Assembly: GCA_045543655.1 (NCBI GenBank)
Contig: JAZPXN010000068.1
Span: 19,407-83,406 of the forward strand
DNA from: Eubacteriales bacterium
GTDB taxonomy: Bacteria > Bacillota > Clostridia > Oscillospirales > UBA644
Length of the DNA: 64,000 bases
Direction of reading: 5' to 3'
The stretch's first letter is position 1. Each line of letters starts with the position of its first letter. The notes under the pieces are model-generated. The model was given only the letters and a program-made list of their open reading frames with translations. It had not been told where the DNA came from and made no database searches. Position numbers and translations under genes: made by a program. Below, one piece after another: positions 10,782-19,910 of the stretch.

Positions 10782-11834
10782 ATGAACGGTGGAACCATCC
10801 GCACCTTTCTTGGAGCCAATTCCGGAGAGGGATTCGCTTCGCTTTACGACAGATTCCAAGAAGAAGGGAGAATGATCGTCATCAAAGGCGGCCCGGGAAG
10901 CGGAAAGAGCAGCCTGATGAAAAAAGCGGCGGCTGAAGCCTTGAGACGAGGGTATTTCGTCGAATATTGCTACTGTTCGTCCGACGGAGAATCCCTTGAC
11001 GCCGTCCGGATTCCGGAGGTGGGAATCTCCCTTGCAGACGGAACCTCCCCCCATTTGATCGAACCCCGCCTTCCCGGTGCCGTTGACGATATTTTCTACA
11101 CCGGAGCCTTTTGGAACCGTAAAAAACTGCAGGAAAATCGGGAAGAGATCGAAGAGCTTTCACGGCGCATCAAGGAGCGCTTTGCTCACGCTTACCGATA
11201 TCTTTCCGCAGCAAAAAGCGGAGCCGACGATCTCTGCGCTATGGCGATAAACCGCACGGAGCCGGGAAAGCTACGGAATTTTGCACGGAAAATCACCCAA
11301 CGGAATCTATTGAAGCAAAAACGGGAAGGCCGTTTTTATCCCCGGTTTCTGACCGGGATCACGCCACAGGGGATTCTGACGAACAAAGACACGGTCTATA
11401 CCATGGCGGATAAGGTATTCGTTCTTTGCGACCCCTTCTTCCTCTCCCATCTCTTTTTGGACGAAGTTCTCAAGACGGCCGAGGAATACGGCGCTACGGC
11501 CTACGTATTTTACGATCCTCTCCGCCCCTCTCTTCCTATTCACGCCGTATTCCCGGAAGACGGAGTTGCCTTCGTAACCGAAAACCTTCTTCATAATTTC
11601 GAACCGACAAACGCCTACCGAATCCATCTTTCCCGTTTTGTCGCTCCATGCGAAGAATTGAAGCTGCTGCGACGGAAGGGTGAAAATCTCCTTCGCCTCT
11701 GCCTGAGAGAGGCGGAACAAAGCCTTACGGAAGAGAAGAAGCTTCACGACGATCTGGAAGAATACTATATCGAGGCTATGGATTACAAAAAATTGAATAC
11801 TTCCGCTGACAAACTGATCAAAAGCATCTTCTAA
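10782..11834 (+). CDS. P-loop ATPase, PRK06851-like family
   Basis: FLGANSGEGF, Walker A GGPGSGKS, CSSDGESLD, DGTSPH, C-terminal LHDDLEEYY. RBS AGGAGG before ATG 10782. Confidence 0.75.
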   Translation: MNGGTIRTFLGANSGEGFASLYDRFQEEGRMIVIKGGPGSGKSSLMKKAAAEALRRGYFVEYCYCSSDGESLDAVRIPEVGISLADGTSPHLIEPRLPGAVDDIFYTGAFWNRKKLQENREEIEELSRRIKERFAHAYRYLSAAKSGADDLCAMAINRTEPGKLRNFARKITQRNLLKQKREGRFYPRFLTGITPQGILTNKDTVYTMADKVFVLCDPFFLSHLFLDEVLKTAEEYGATAYVFYDPLRPSLPIHAVFPEDGVAFVTENLLHNFEPTNAYRIHLSRFVAPCEELKLLRRKGENLLRLCLREAEQSLTEEKKLHDDLEEYYIEAMDYKKLNTSADKLIKSIF

Positions 11835-11838
11835 GCGC

Positions 11839-11867
11839 AAACGGCAGAGGTTTCTCCTCTGCCGTTT
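11839..11867. terminator. Bidirectional terminator
   Basis: AAACGGCAGAGG-tttct-CCTCTGCCGTTT between convergent genes. Confidence 0.8.
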
Positions 11868-11869
11868 CT

Positions 11870-12379
11870 TTAAAACCGATTCCGATAGGTTTTATTCCTT
11901 CTTCGCTTTTTAAACAACCCGGGCTCGTCCTTTTTCAGCTTGAGATAAAACAGAGAAAATAGAACGGTGACCGCAACGAAAACAAGATGCTCTCCCAACA
12001 GAACAAAATAATGCCATTCCGCGCCCGTCATAATCATTTCGGCCACAATCCAACCGCAATCGGCCAACCACAAAAGACAAATTCCCCATGCGCAGACCGC
12101 CTTTCCTCGGCGGCGAAGAGACAAAAGCGCCAACAAAAAGATGAGAACGTAAGAAAAGATGTAAACGAAATACAAAGCCCGGGTGGCGGCAAGATAGGGC
12201 TCCTTCAGCCAATCCGGGTTGTTTTCCGAATACGTAAAAACCCATTTGTAAAAATATCCCCCCAAAAACGGCGGGATCTCCGCCCCAAAAAACTGCCAGA
12301 TCAGCGTCATCAAAAAGGTAGAGACCACGGGATAAAAGCAAAGCGCGGATAAAATCGTTAATTTATTTTTTGCGGACAT
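11870..12379 (-). CDS. Hypothetical membrane protein (about 4 TM helices)
   Basis: GGAGG RBS before ATG 12379; four hydrophobic stretches and a basic C-terminal tail. Confidence 0.7.
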   Translation of the reverse strand: MSAKNKLTILSALCFYPVVSTFLMTLIWQFFGAEIPPFLGGYFYKWVFTYSENNPDWLKEPYLAATRALYFVYIFSYVLIFLLALLSLRRRGKAVCAWGICLLWLADCGWIVAEMIMTGAEWHYFVLLGEHLVFVAVTVLFSLFYLKLKKDEPGLFKKRRRNKTYRNRF

Positions 12380-12486
12380 GTAATTTGTACCTCCGGCACC
12401 GTTTCTCAAAATATTTATAATCTGATAAAAGATGAAGAAAGCCTTGGATCAAACTGCCAAACAATATCAAAAAGTAAATTCACACA

Positions 12487-12515
12487 GTATAAATCTCCTA
12501 AAAATACAAATAATA
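12487..12515 (+). promoter_or_regulatory. Putative forespore (SigG/SigF-type) promoter of spoVT
   Basis: GTATA-17 bp-AATAATA upstream of the spoVT RBS; spoVT is SigF/SigG-controlled in characterised Firmicutes. Confidence 0.45.
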
Positions 12516-12550
12516 ACAGCACAATTTGTAATTTAAGGAGAAATGCATAG

Positions 12551-13093
12551 ATGAAAGCAACTGGTATCGTACGCAGAATTGACGACCTGGGCCGCATCGT
12601 GATCCCCAAAGAAATCCGAAAGACCATGCACATCCGGGAAGGGGCGCAGCTGGAAATTTTCACCGACAGCGAAGGCGGTGTCATTTTCAAGAAGTACTCC
12701 CCCATCGGGGAATTGGACGAATCGGTATCCGACTATGCGGAAACCGTAGCAAAGATCACGGGAAATTCCGTCGTGGTCATGGACAAGGATTCGGTCATCG
12801 CAGCAGCGGGTAGCAATAAAAAAGACCTGATGCATAAGCGGGTCTCCACCGAAACGGATCAATTGATCGAACAGCGGAAGCAATACGTTTACAAAATTGG
12901 AGAGATCCGCAAGCCCCTCTGCAAAGACGTGGAAAAGGTTTATACCGGAATCCTGAATCCGATCTTACTGGAAGGCGACACCGTAGGCGCCATTGCCATG
13001 CTGATCCCGGACATGGGAAACGCGCCGGGGGAAGCGGACGTAAAGGTACTGTCTGCCGCCGCCCAAATCCTGAGCAAGCAAATGGAGACGTAA
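12551..13093 (+). CDS. spoVT: Stage V sporulation protein T (AbrB-like N-domain plus GAF-like C-domain)
   Basis: MKATGIVRRIDDLGRIVIPKEIRKT...IFKKYSPIGEL; 180 aa ending in KQME. Confidence 0.93.
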   Translation: MKATGIVRRIDDLGRIVIPKEIRKTMHIREGAQLEIFTDSEGGVIFKKYSPIGELDESVSDYAETVAKITGNSVVVMDKDSVIAAAGSNKKDLMHKRVSTETDQLIEQRKQYVYKIGEIRKPLCKDVEKVYTGILNPILLEGDTVGAIAMLIPDMGNAPGEADVKVLSAAAQILSKQMET

Positions 13094-13097
13094 CGCG

Positions 13098-13122
13098 ATA
13101 CCCGTCGGATTCCGGCGGGTAT
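13098..13122. terminator. Terminator hairpin between spoVT and a convergent gene
   Basis: ATACCCGTCGGA-t-TCCGGCGGGTAT. Confidence 0.65.
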
Positions 13123-13127
13123 TCTCT

Positions 13128-13442
13128 TTAATCGGCGTCTTCCTCGAGCGCTTCCAAAAGATAGGAAACGGGACGGAACCCGTCGTTGCAGGAGATCATA
13201 GCAGATTTTTCGTTCTTCATCCAGCCGTCGTAAAAATTACCGCCACCGTGGGCAAGAGCCATGACGAAATGAGACATACATTCCCATGCGGTATTACAGA
13301 GACCTTCCGGTTTTTCCCAACCGTTCGCAATAAAGACCGTGCCGATCTCCATATCGCAGGCATGTTCAATGGGATTTTCGTACCGCTCCATCAGATCGGG
13401 GTAAACCGACCTGCGCATAACCGTAATTCTGACCTTTTTCAT
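13128..13442 (-). CDS. TIGR04076-family small Cys-containing protein
   Basis: KPEGLCNTAW, GWM and ISCNDGFRPVS motifs. Confidence 0.8.
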   Translation of the reverse strand: MKKVRITVMRRSVYPDLMERYENPIEHACDMEIGTVFIANGWEKPEGLCNTAWECMSHFVMALAHGGGNFYDGWMKNEKSAMISCNDGFRPVSYLLEALEEDAD

Positions 13443-13463
13443 AATTGCACCTCACTTTTTCTC

Positions 13464-13557
13464 ATTATACTATTTTCCGCACCGTTTGTCAATGAGGTCG
13501 ACAAAAAAGTTAAAAAAACATCGATACCTTGACAAATTCAATGAAACATGATACAAT
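13464..13557. promoter_or_regulatory. Divergent SigA promoters
   Basis: Minus strand: TTGACA(13492-13487)-17-TATAAT(13469-13464). Plus strand: TTGACA(13529)-17-TACAAT(13552) with extended TG. Confidence 0.7.
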
Positions 13558-13580
13558 AGAGTGAAAAGTGAGGAATTGAT

Positions 13581-14387
13581 ATGGAGAAGAAAATACGCGT
13601 TGCTATCTTTGTCGGGCCGACCCTCGTCACACCCATCTACGAAACGATGTGTTTGACCTTCGGGAAGGAAAACGTTGCCGCTTCGGTTAATCCAAAGGAT
13701 TTGTTCGGTATCGTCAAAACGCTTCGCCCCACAACCCTTATTATTGAGCCGGAGCTGTTCCACCTTGCAGGCATGACTCCGGTGGATATCAACGCTTACC
13801 GTACCCGGGTGCATTACAAGATCCTTGCAGTCTACCCCACGAAAAACGCCGCAAAAGTCCGGGATTACATGAAAGAGCTGAATATCACGAAGGAATATCT
13901 GGAACCTACGGAATTCCTGACGATGGCGAAGGAATTGCCCCGACTGAGCACCAACAAATACGTTAAGGTAAAAGAACCGCTTCTTCAATTTACCGCCGAA
14001 AATATCGACAGAATCTTTACCGAATGCGGGTTTCATTGCAACACGAAAGGAGCGCCTCTGTTAAAAGAGGCACTCTTTCAGATGTATTTCGACCAGGACC
14101 TGCACAATTACGGCGGCGGTGTGAAGCTCTATCGGGAGCTCGGTGAGAAATACGGATACACACCCCGGGTAGTAGAGCGGTCGATCCTTCGTTTTCTTGA
14201 AAATTCCTGGTCCGGCGATACGGAACGTAAATTCCGTGCGGAACTGAATATTCCGGACAGAGTTTCCTGTCTTCCCTTGAACTTTAACAATTTCACCCTT
14301 CTTTTCGATACTTACTATTCACTGAAATACGGTATGGCGGAAAAGCTGCTTGCCTTTCCCCGGGATCATTCAGCATATCTCTTTTAG
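13581..14387 (+). CDS. Spo0A C-terminal DNA-binding domain protein with a degenerate receiver-like N-terminus
   Basis: The segment GFHCNTKGAPLLKEAL...KLYRELGEKYGYTPRVVERSILRFLENSW aligns by eye with Spo0A GVPAHIKGYxYLREAI...LYPxIAKKYNTTxSRVERAIRHAIEVAW. Confidence 0.7.
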   Translation: MEKKIRVAIFVGPTLVTPIYETMCLTFGKENVAASVNPKDLFGIVKTLRPTTLIIEPELFHLAGMTPVDINAYRTRVHYKILAVYPTKNAAKVRDYMKELNITKEYLEPTEFLTMAKELPRLSTNKYVKVKEPLLQFTAENIDRIFTECGFHCNTKGAPLLKEALFQMYFDQDLHNYGGGVKLYRELGEKYGYTPRVVERSILRFLENSWSGDTERKFRAELNIPDRVSCLPLNFNNFTLLFDTYYSLKYGMAEKLLAFPRDHSAYLF

Positions 14388-15092
14388 CTTTTCTTTGAGG
14401 TTGCCGAGAATCTTCTTTTCCAATCGGGAAATATACGATTGGGATATTCCCAGAAGATCGGCGACCTCTTTTTGCGTATACGGCCGCTCTCCGGAAAAAC
14501 CGTAGCGCAATTCGATAATTTTGCGGGAACGGGGAGACAGAAGATCCACCTCACGCTTCAGCATCGTGACCTCGTCTTCCCGTTCGATCTCCTTTCCCAC
14601 CTCGTCACCGCCGGAATCCAGAACGTCGCAGAGCAGTAATTCATTGCCGTCCCAATCGATGTTCAACGGCTCTTCGATCGAGACCTCGTTCCGCAGGTTT
14701 CCGGTTTTACGAAGATACATCAGAATCTCGTTTTCAATACAGCGCGAAGCGTACGTGGCGAGTTTAATATTCTTACCGGGACAATAGGTATTGACCGCTT
14801 TGATCAAGCCGATCGTGCCAATCGAGATTAAATCTTCAATCGAACAGGACAGCGTGGAAAGCTCAAATTTTCGGGCAATATAAACCACGAGGCGCAAATT
14901 TCGCTCGATCAAGACGTCCCGTGCACCGCAATCCCCCGTAACGAGGCGGGAAACGTAAGTCTGCTCCTCCTCAATATTCAACGGCGGAGGCAAAACGTCA
15001 CTGCCGTTGATATAATAAATTCCATCCTCACCCCCTCCTGCCGAAAGCCATAACAACAGTTTTTCAAACAGCTTACCGATTTTCATCTTCAA
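14370..15092 (-). CDS. sigE: RNA polymerase sporulation sigma factor pro-SigE
   Basis: Pro-sequence followed by YYINGSDVLPPPL, LIERNLRLVVYIA, IKLATYASRCIENEILM, PLNIDWDGNELLL, TQKEVADLLGISQSYISRLEK; lies downstream of spoIIGA. Confidence 0.95.
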   Translation of the reverse strand: MKMKIGKLFEKLLLWLSAGGGEDGIYYINGSDVLPPPLNIEEEQTYVSRLVTGDCGARDVLIERNLRLVVYIARKFELSTLSCSIEDLISIGTIGLIKAVNTYCPGKNIKLATYASRCIENEILMYLRKTGNLRNEVSIEEPLNIDWDGNELLLCDVLDSGGDEVGKEIEREDEVTMLKREVDLLSPRSRKIIELRYGFSGERPYTQKEVADLLGISQSYISRLEKKILGNLKEKLKEIC

Positions 15093-15921
15093 TCCCTCCT
15101 ATAAGATCCGGGCCTATAATCCCGGAAAAACGCCCCTGAGCCTCAAGAACCCGGTCAGACACGGCGACAACCGCCGTCCGACCTTGACCGTTGACCGTAA
15201 AGGTATCCGGAATAAACGCCGGAAGCATTCTGCCGTCCCCGGAAATCGAACGGTAAGGAACGATTCGTGCCTTTTCGCCGAAAAACGCGTAGAAATCATA
15301 ACTTCCGAAGGCCGGAAGATCCTTACCGAAGCCCTTTTTCAGCGTTCGGTACTCTACAACGGCAACGGGCCGGCCGTTGACAGGATCTGAAAGAAAATTC
15401 CCCGAATCCATATATGCCCGGAAAAATATCCGTTTTCCCCGGATCTCGACGGTACATTCACATAGCGGTGGCTGCCGTTTGATCTTTTGCAATTTGCGCA
15501 GGAATTGCAGGCAAACTGCATAAGCAATCCCACCCGCAAGAACCGTCGCGGGAAAAGAAAGGATAAAATAACCTCCCTCGCCGCCAAAGAAGACCGAAAG
15601 ACCAAAGATCGCTGCAGAAATTACAAAAACCAATCCTAAGTATAGGAGCGCAACCACGAAGACCCGAAACGCATTCCGGATCGTTCCGGGCAACGTCTTC
15701 CCCCAAAAAAGGACGGAAACGGTAACGGCACCTCCCAGAGCAATACACCACGACGGCACCGGGACCGTCAGAAATAACGCTGACAGCACTCCTCCGCAAA
15801 GAGCTGCAACGGCGCACCTCCAAAGAGATTTTCGCAGGTCCAGCGAGACTGACGCCAGATGCAGAACGATACCGCAAAACGCCGAGCCGACCAAAAACGC
15901 AAGATCGGCAAAAACCGTCAT
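15073..15921 (-). CDS. spoIIGA: Sigma-E processing peptidase
   Basis: Multi-TM N-terminus and the aspartic protease motif DSGNFLSDP; directly upstream of sigE. Confidence 0.88.
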   Translation of the reverse strand: MTVFADLAFLVGSAFCGIVLHLASVSLDLRKSLWRCAVAALCGGVLSALFLTVPVPSWCIALGGAVTVSVLFWGKTLPGTIRNAFRVFVVALLYLGLVFVISAAIFGLSVFFGGEGGYFILSFPATVLAGGIAYAVCLQFLRKLQKIKRQPPLCECTVEIRGKRIFFRAYMDSGNFLSDPVNGRPVAVVEYRTLKKGFGKDLPAFGSYDFYAFFGEKARIVPYRSISGDGRMLPAFIPDTFTVNGQGRTAVVAVSDRVLEAQGRFSGIIGPDLIGGIEDENR

Positions 15922-15937
15922 CCCCTCACCCCCTTCC

Positions 15938-15970
15938 ATTATACCCCAACCGGGGCGAAGAATTTGTCAA
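15938..15970 (-). promoter_or_regulatory. spoIIG-type SigA promoter with a long (21-bp) spacer
   Basis: TTGACA(15970-15965)-21 bp-TATAAT(15943-15938). Confidence 0.65.
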
Positions 15971-16000
15971 AGCAGAGGGGCTGAGAAAATAATTCGCAAC

Positions 16001-16033
16001 AAAAAGATCCCGAAGGAAAATTCCTTCGGGATC
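16001..16033 (-). terminator. Rho-independent terminator of rny
   Basis: GATCCCGAAGGA/TCCTTCGGGATC stem followed by T5 on the minus strand. Confidence 0.8.
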
Positions 16034-16046
16034 GGCTTTTTTTATC

Positions 16047-17606
16047 TTACTTCGCGTATTCGATGGCACGGTTCTCACGGATAACGTGGACCTTGATCTG
16101 TCCGGGATATTCCAGTTCGCTCTCAATACGCTTGGCAATATCGCGGGCAAGAATCACCATATCGTCGTCGGTAATATCTTCGGGACGAACCATCACGCGG
16201 ATCTCACGGCCTGCCTGAATGGCGTAGGTACGTTCCACACCCTTGAAGTCGTTTGCAATGGATTCCAATTTCTCCAGACGCTTGATATAATTCTCGATAT
16301 CTTCGCGACGGGCACCGGGACGGGCGGCGGAAATCGCGTCTGCGGCCTGAACGATGGCAGCAAGAACGGTCTTGGCCTCCACGTCACCGTGGTGCGCTTC
16401 GATAGCGTGAACGATATTTTCGTGTTCCTTATATTTCCGGGCAAGATCCACACCGATGGAAATGTGGGATCCCTCGGTCTCCTGGTCAACCGATTTACCG
16501 ATATCGTGAAGAAGACCGGCACGCTTGGCAGCGTTAACGTCAACCTTCAGTTCACCGGCGAGGATTCCGGAAAGATGAGCCACTTCAATAGAGTGATTCA
16601 ACACGTTTTGACCAAAGGAGGTGCGGTAATGGAGACGTCCGAGAAGCCGGACCAATTCGGGATGGATTCCGTGAACGTTGGTCTCAAAGATAGCGCGCTC
16701 GCCTTCTTTTTTGATAACCTGATCCACTTCCTTGCGGGCCTTTTCCACCATGTCTCCGACACGGGTGGGATGGATGCGGCCGTCCTGGATCAGACGTTCA
16801 AGAGCGATACGGGCAATCTCACGGCGCACGATATCAAAGCTGGAAAGAACGATGGTTTCGGGGGTATCGTCGATAATAAGATCAACGCCGGTGAGATTCT
16901 CGAGAGCGCGGATATTCCGCCCCTCACGGCCGATAATGCGGCCCTTCATCTCGTCGTTGGGAAGGGTAACGGAAGATACGGTGGATTCAGCCACGTGATC
17001 GGAAGCGCACTTCTGAATCGCGCGGGAGATCAACTCGCGGGCCTGGACCTCCGCTTCTTCCTTCGTCCGGGCCTCCATATCCTTGATCATAGCGGCAGAT
17101 TCGTGCTTCAGATCGTTCTGCAGAGTTTCCAACAAATAGGCGCGGGCCTGATCTGCAGTCATGGAAGAGATTTGCTCCAGCATCTTGCGCTGTTGGTCGA
17201 TAACTTCGTTCTTTTCAACCTCCAGGGATTCCAGCTTCTTCATCTGGCGTTCCATGTTTTCTTCTTTGGTCACGAAAGAAGTTTCGCGTTTATCCAGCAT
17301 TTCTTCCTTCTGGACGAGGCGTTTTTCCATCCGCTGCAGTTCTCCGCGACGGTCGCGGATTTCCTTTTCCGCTTCGTTGCGGTTACGGTGGATCTCTTCT
17401 TTGGCTTCCAGCAAAGCTTCTTTGGATTTGGTTTCGGCGGCCTTGATGGCGTCGTTTACGATGTTGCGGGCCTTTTCTTCTGCGGAGCCAATGGCGGCCT
17501 CGCCGATCTTTTTACGGTAAATCATACCGATAAGGAACCCGATAACAACAGCTATTACAACGGCCACGGCCATAATGATAATTTCTGTGGTGGTAATGGG
17601 AATCAA
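16047..17606 (-). CDS. rny: Ribonuclease Y
   Basis: N-terminal TM anchor, coiled coil, KH domain ([14 protein letters not shown]), HD motif (GLLHDIGK), C-terminal AIQAGREIR. Confidence 0.97.
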   Translation of the reverse strand: MIPITTTEIIIMAVAVVIAVVIGFLIGMIYRKKIGEAAIGSAEEKARNIVNDAIKAAETKSKEALLEAKEEIHRNRNEAEKEIRDRRGELQRMEKRLVQKEEMLDKRETSFVTKEENMERQMKKLESLEVEKNEVIDQQRKMLEQISSMTADQARAYLLETLQNDLKHESAAMIKDMEARTKEEAEVQARELISRAIQKCASDHVAESTVSSVTLPNDEMKGRIIGREGRNIRALENLTGVDLIIDDTPETIVLSSFDIVRREIARIALERLIQDGRIHPTRVGDMVEKARKEVDQVIKKEGERAIFETNVHGIHPELVRLLGRLHYRTSFGQNVLNHSIEVAHLSGILAGELKVDVNAAKRAGLLHDIGKSVDQETEGSHISIGVDLARKYKEHENIVHAIEAHHGDVEAKTVLAAIVQAADAISAARPGARREDIENYIKRLEKLESIANDFKGVERTYAIQAGREIRVMVRPEDITDDDMVILARDIAKRIESELEYPGQIKVHVIRENRAIEYAK

Positions 17607-17762
17607 CCTCCTGTCGTGTTTTTCTGTATTGAAAATTCGGAGAATTTAACATATACATATCTATATTATAATACTTTTGTATTTTTGTCAATATTTTTCC
17701 TAATAAAATCGATTTTTTTTCACAATTGAATACGATTGTTCCTCATATTTGGAAAATAGGTC

Positions 17763-17791
17763 TTGCAATCGACGGGAAAATATGTTATAAT
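17763..17791 (+). promoter_or_regulatory. SigA promoter
   Basis: TTGCAA-17-TATAAT with extended TG. Confidence 0.6.
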
Positions 17792-17854
17792 ATATAAGGA
17801 ACAACTCACACAACCCATCGCAATCGGCCGGATTCCCGGCACGGAGGATACCTT

Positions 17855-18139
17855 ATGAAGAAAAAGAAGAAACCGTCCGCCGCTTTTTTGAAGGAAAAAA
17901 GAACGGATCTCATCTTTGCGGGAGTAGCTCTGCTGTTCCTCGTCCTGATGATCTCCCTACTGATTCGGTACGTTGGACTTCGGAATGAAAATCTGGCTCG
18001 GCCGGAGGCGTACGGCTCGGTTATGCAGGAATTAAACGACGTAAAATCCGAGAAAAACGATCTGGAATCCCGGCTGGAGAGCCTGCGGAAGGAAATCGAA
18101 GAGCTGAACCGCAAGATCTCGGCCTTGGGCGGAAATTGA
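17855..18139 (+). CDS. Small single-TM coiled-coil protein
   Basis: GGAGG RBS; basic N-terminus, one TM helix, heptad-rich C-terminus. Confidence 0.7.
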   Translation: MKKKKKPSAAFLKEKRTDLIFAGVALLFLVLMISLLIRYVGLRNENLARPEAYGSVMQELNDVKSEKNDLESRLESLRKEIEELNRKISALGGN

Positions 18140-18148
18140 GGTGGCGAT

Positions 18149-19042
18149 ATGAAGTTTGCAAGCGTATTCGTATCATTTATCGCCGCATTGGCCTGTCTGC
18201 TTCTGATCTTCGGCTGCTATAAAGAAAAGACCGCAATTGAAAACATCGGCGGCTTTGAAGACGTGGTCAAAAAAACGGAAGGCTACCGCAACGACGTGGA
18301 GAACCTGAAAAAAGAAATCAGCGAGCTTTCCGCGCAGAAATCTCAGGCGGAGGGAAAGCTGGCACAACTGCAGAGCCGGGAAAATTACAAAACGACCCCA
18401 ACTGCATTTCTGACCTTTGACGGCGGATTTTCCCAGAATACGGTGTCGGTTATCGAAACGTTGAACAAGAACGAGATCAAGGGAACCTTTTTCGTTATTG
18501 CCGACAACCTAAAAGAGAACACGGCAATGAGATCGGCGCTGAAGGAAGCCTTCGACGCAGGACACAAGATCGGCATCCGCTCCTATTCCGACGATCTCGA
18601 AAAGATTTACGCCAGCGAAGAGGCCTATTTCAACGATCTCTACGCCTGCCGGGATCTGGTCAAGGAAATCACGGGAGAAGCCCCCGTTCTCGTTCGCATG
18701 CCGGGAGGCACCGCCACGGCGGAGATCCGGTTTAAGAAATATACCGGAAGCACCGAGGTATTTGAAAAGGTTCTCGCCCGTCTGGAAGCGGAGGGATTTA
18801 TGGTCAACGACTGGTCGGTAGACTCGGAAAACGCCACGGAGACCGACGTAGACGAAATTGTATCAAACACCCTGAAGGGATCATCCAAAACGCTGAAGGC
18901 GACCTATAAAACCTGCGTCGTTCTGCTGATGGACAACAAACGGGCCAACACCTCCCTGTCCCGCATTATCAGCGGACTGAAAGAACAGGGATACGTTTTT
19001 GCCCCGCTGCCCGACGGGATTTGCATCACCAGACAACGATAA
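18149..19042 (+). CDS. Membrane-anchored coiled-coil plus NodB/CE4 polysaccharide deacetylase-like protein with a degenerate active site
   Basis: AFLTFDGG, KGTFFV, GHKIGIRSYSD, RMPGG, DWSVDS and VVLLMD are recognisable but mutated CE4 motifs. Confidence 0.8.
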   Translation: MKFASVFVSFIAALACLLLIFGCYKEKTAIENIGGFEDVVKKTEGYRNDVENLKKEISELSAQKSQAEGKLAQLQSRENYKTTPTAFLTFDGGFSQNTVSVIETLNKNEIKGTFFVIADNLKENTAMRSALKEAFDAGHKIGIRSYSDDLEKIYASEEAYFNDLYACRDLVKEITGEAPVLVRMPGGTATAEIRFKKYTGSTEVFEKVLARLEAEGFMVNDWSVDSENATETDVDEIVSNTLKGSSKTLKATYKTCVVLLMDNKRANTSLSRIISGLKEQGYVFAPLPDGICITRQR

Positions 19043-19054
19043 GGAGCGTTCGAT

Positions 19055-19651
19055 ATGTATAAACCGGAAGCCATCGAAGATAATAAGAAGGTATTTTTGG
19101 AACTTCTCCGTTCCGTGGATCGAAAGGGAATCGACAGTCTGATCGACTATCTGGAAACGAAAACCGATTTCTACACCGCCCCCGCATCCACGCGATACCA
19201 CAACAACTGCCGGGGAGGACTCCTGGCCCACACGTTGAACGTGTACGAGAATTATCGCAATCTTCTGGCACTCCGCAAGATTGAAATGCCGGAGGAAAGC
19301 GTGGTCATCGTCTCCCTGCTCCACGATATCTGCAAATGCAATTATTACGTGCTGGAGCAGCGGAACCGGAAGGTGGACGGAAAGTGGGAACAGTACGACG
19401 TCTGGACCAACACGAAATCCGTCTCCCCGCCTCTTCCCCATTCCTATCGTTCCATTCGCATGATTCAGTCGTTCTTCCGACTGACCCCTCAGGAGGAGTT
19501 ATGCATCTATTACCATATGGGCCCTTACGGCGGTGAAGATTTTGAATACCGGAATCTGCTGCAAAAGGTGAATACCGATTATCCGGAATCTCTTCTTTTC
19601 TACACCGCAGACCTTTTTTCTACGTATCTGGACGAAGATACTTTTGAATAA
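19055..19651 (+). CDS. HD-domain phosphohydrolase
   Basis: DFYTAPASTRYH, GGLLAH, LLHDICK, HMG, AD. Confidence 0.85.
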   Translation: MYKPEAIEDNKKVFLELLRSVDRKGIDSLIDYLETKTDFYTAPASTRYHNNCRGGLLAHTLNVYENYRNLLALRKIEMPEESVVIVSLLHDICKCNYYVLEQRNRKVDGKWEQYDVWTNTKSVSPPLPHSYRSIRMIQSFFRLTPQEELCIYYHMGPYGGEDFEYRNLLQKVNTDYPESLLFYTADLFSTYLDEDTFE

Positions 19652-19693
19652 GCAAGTTCACACTTTCGTTTCAAATATGTCACACCGCCGCCA

Positions 19694-19722
19694 TTGACAA
19701 AGCGCCGAAAATGTAGTATAAT
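19694..19722 (+). promoter_or_regulatory. Consensus SigA promoter of the tRNA pair
   Basis: TTGACA-17 bp-TATAAT. Confidence 0.8.
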
Positions 19723-19754
19723 ATTCAAGCGCCGATCGTTAAAGCGGCAAGCAT

Positions 19755-19831
19755 GGCGGAATAGCTCAGTTGGCTAGAGCATACGGTTCATACCCGTACG
19801 GTCGCCGGTTCAAATCCAGCTTCCGCTACCA
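19755..19831 (+). tRNA. tRNA-Met (CAT), elongator type
   Basis: GGCGGAATAGCTCAGTTGG...; anticodon arm TACGG-TTCATAC-CCGTA; GGTTCAAATCC T-loop; encoded CCA. Confidence 0.93.
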
Positions 19832-19834
19832 AAC

Positions 19835-19909
19835 GGCCCGTTGGTCAAGTGGTTAAGACACGGCCCTTTCACGGCTGTAACAGGAGTTCGACTCTCCTAC
19901 GGGTCACCA
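19835..19909 (+). tRNA. tRNA-Glu (TTC)
   Basis: GGCCCGTTGGTCAAGTGGTTAAGACA; anticodon arm CGGCC-CTTTCAC-GGCTG; GTTCGA T-loop; encoded CCA. Confidence 0.95.
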
Positions 19910-19910
19910 A

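Noticed and set aside
16750-16765. RNase Y HPTRVGD versus the usual HPxRIEE
   Set aside because: A single non-catalytic substitution; it cannot be distinguished from normal variation or a sequencing error.
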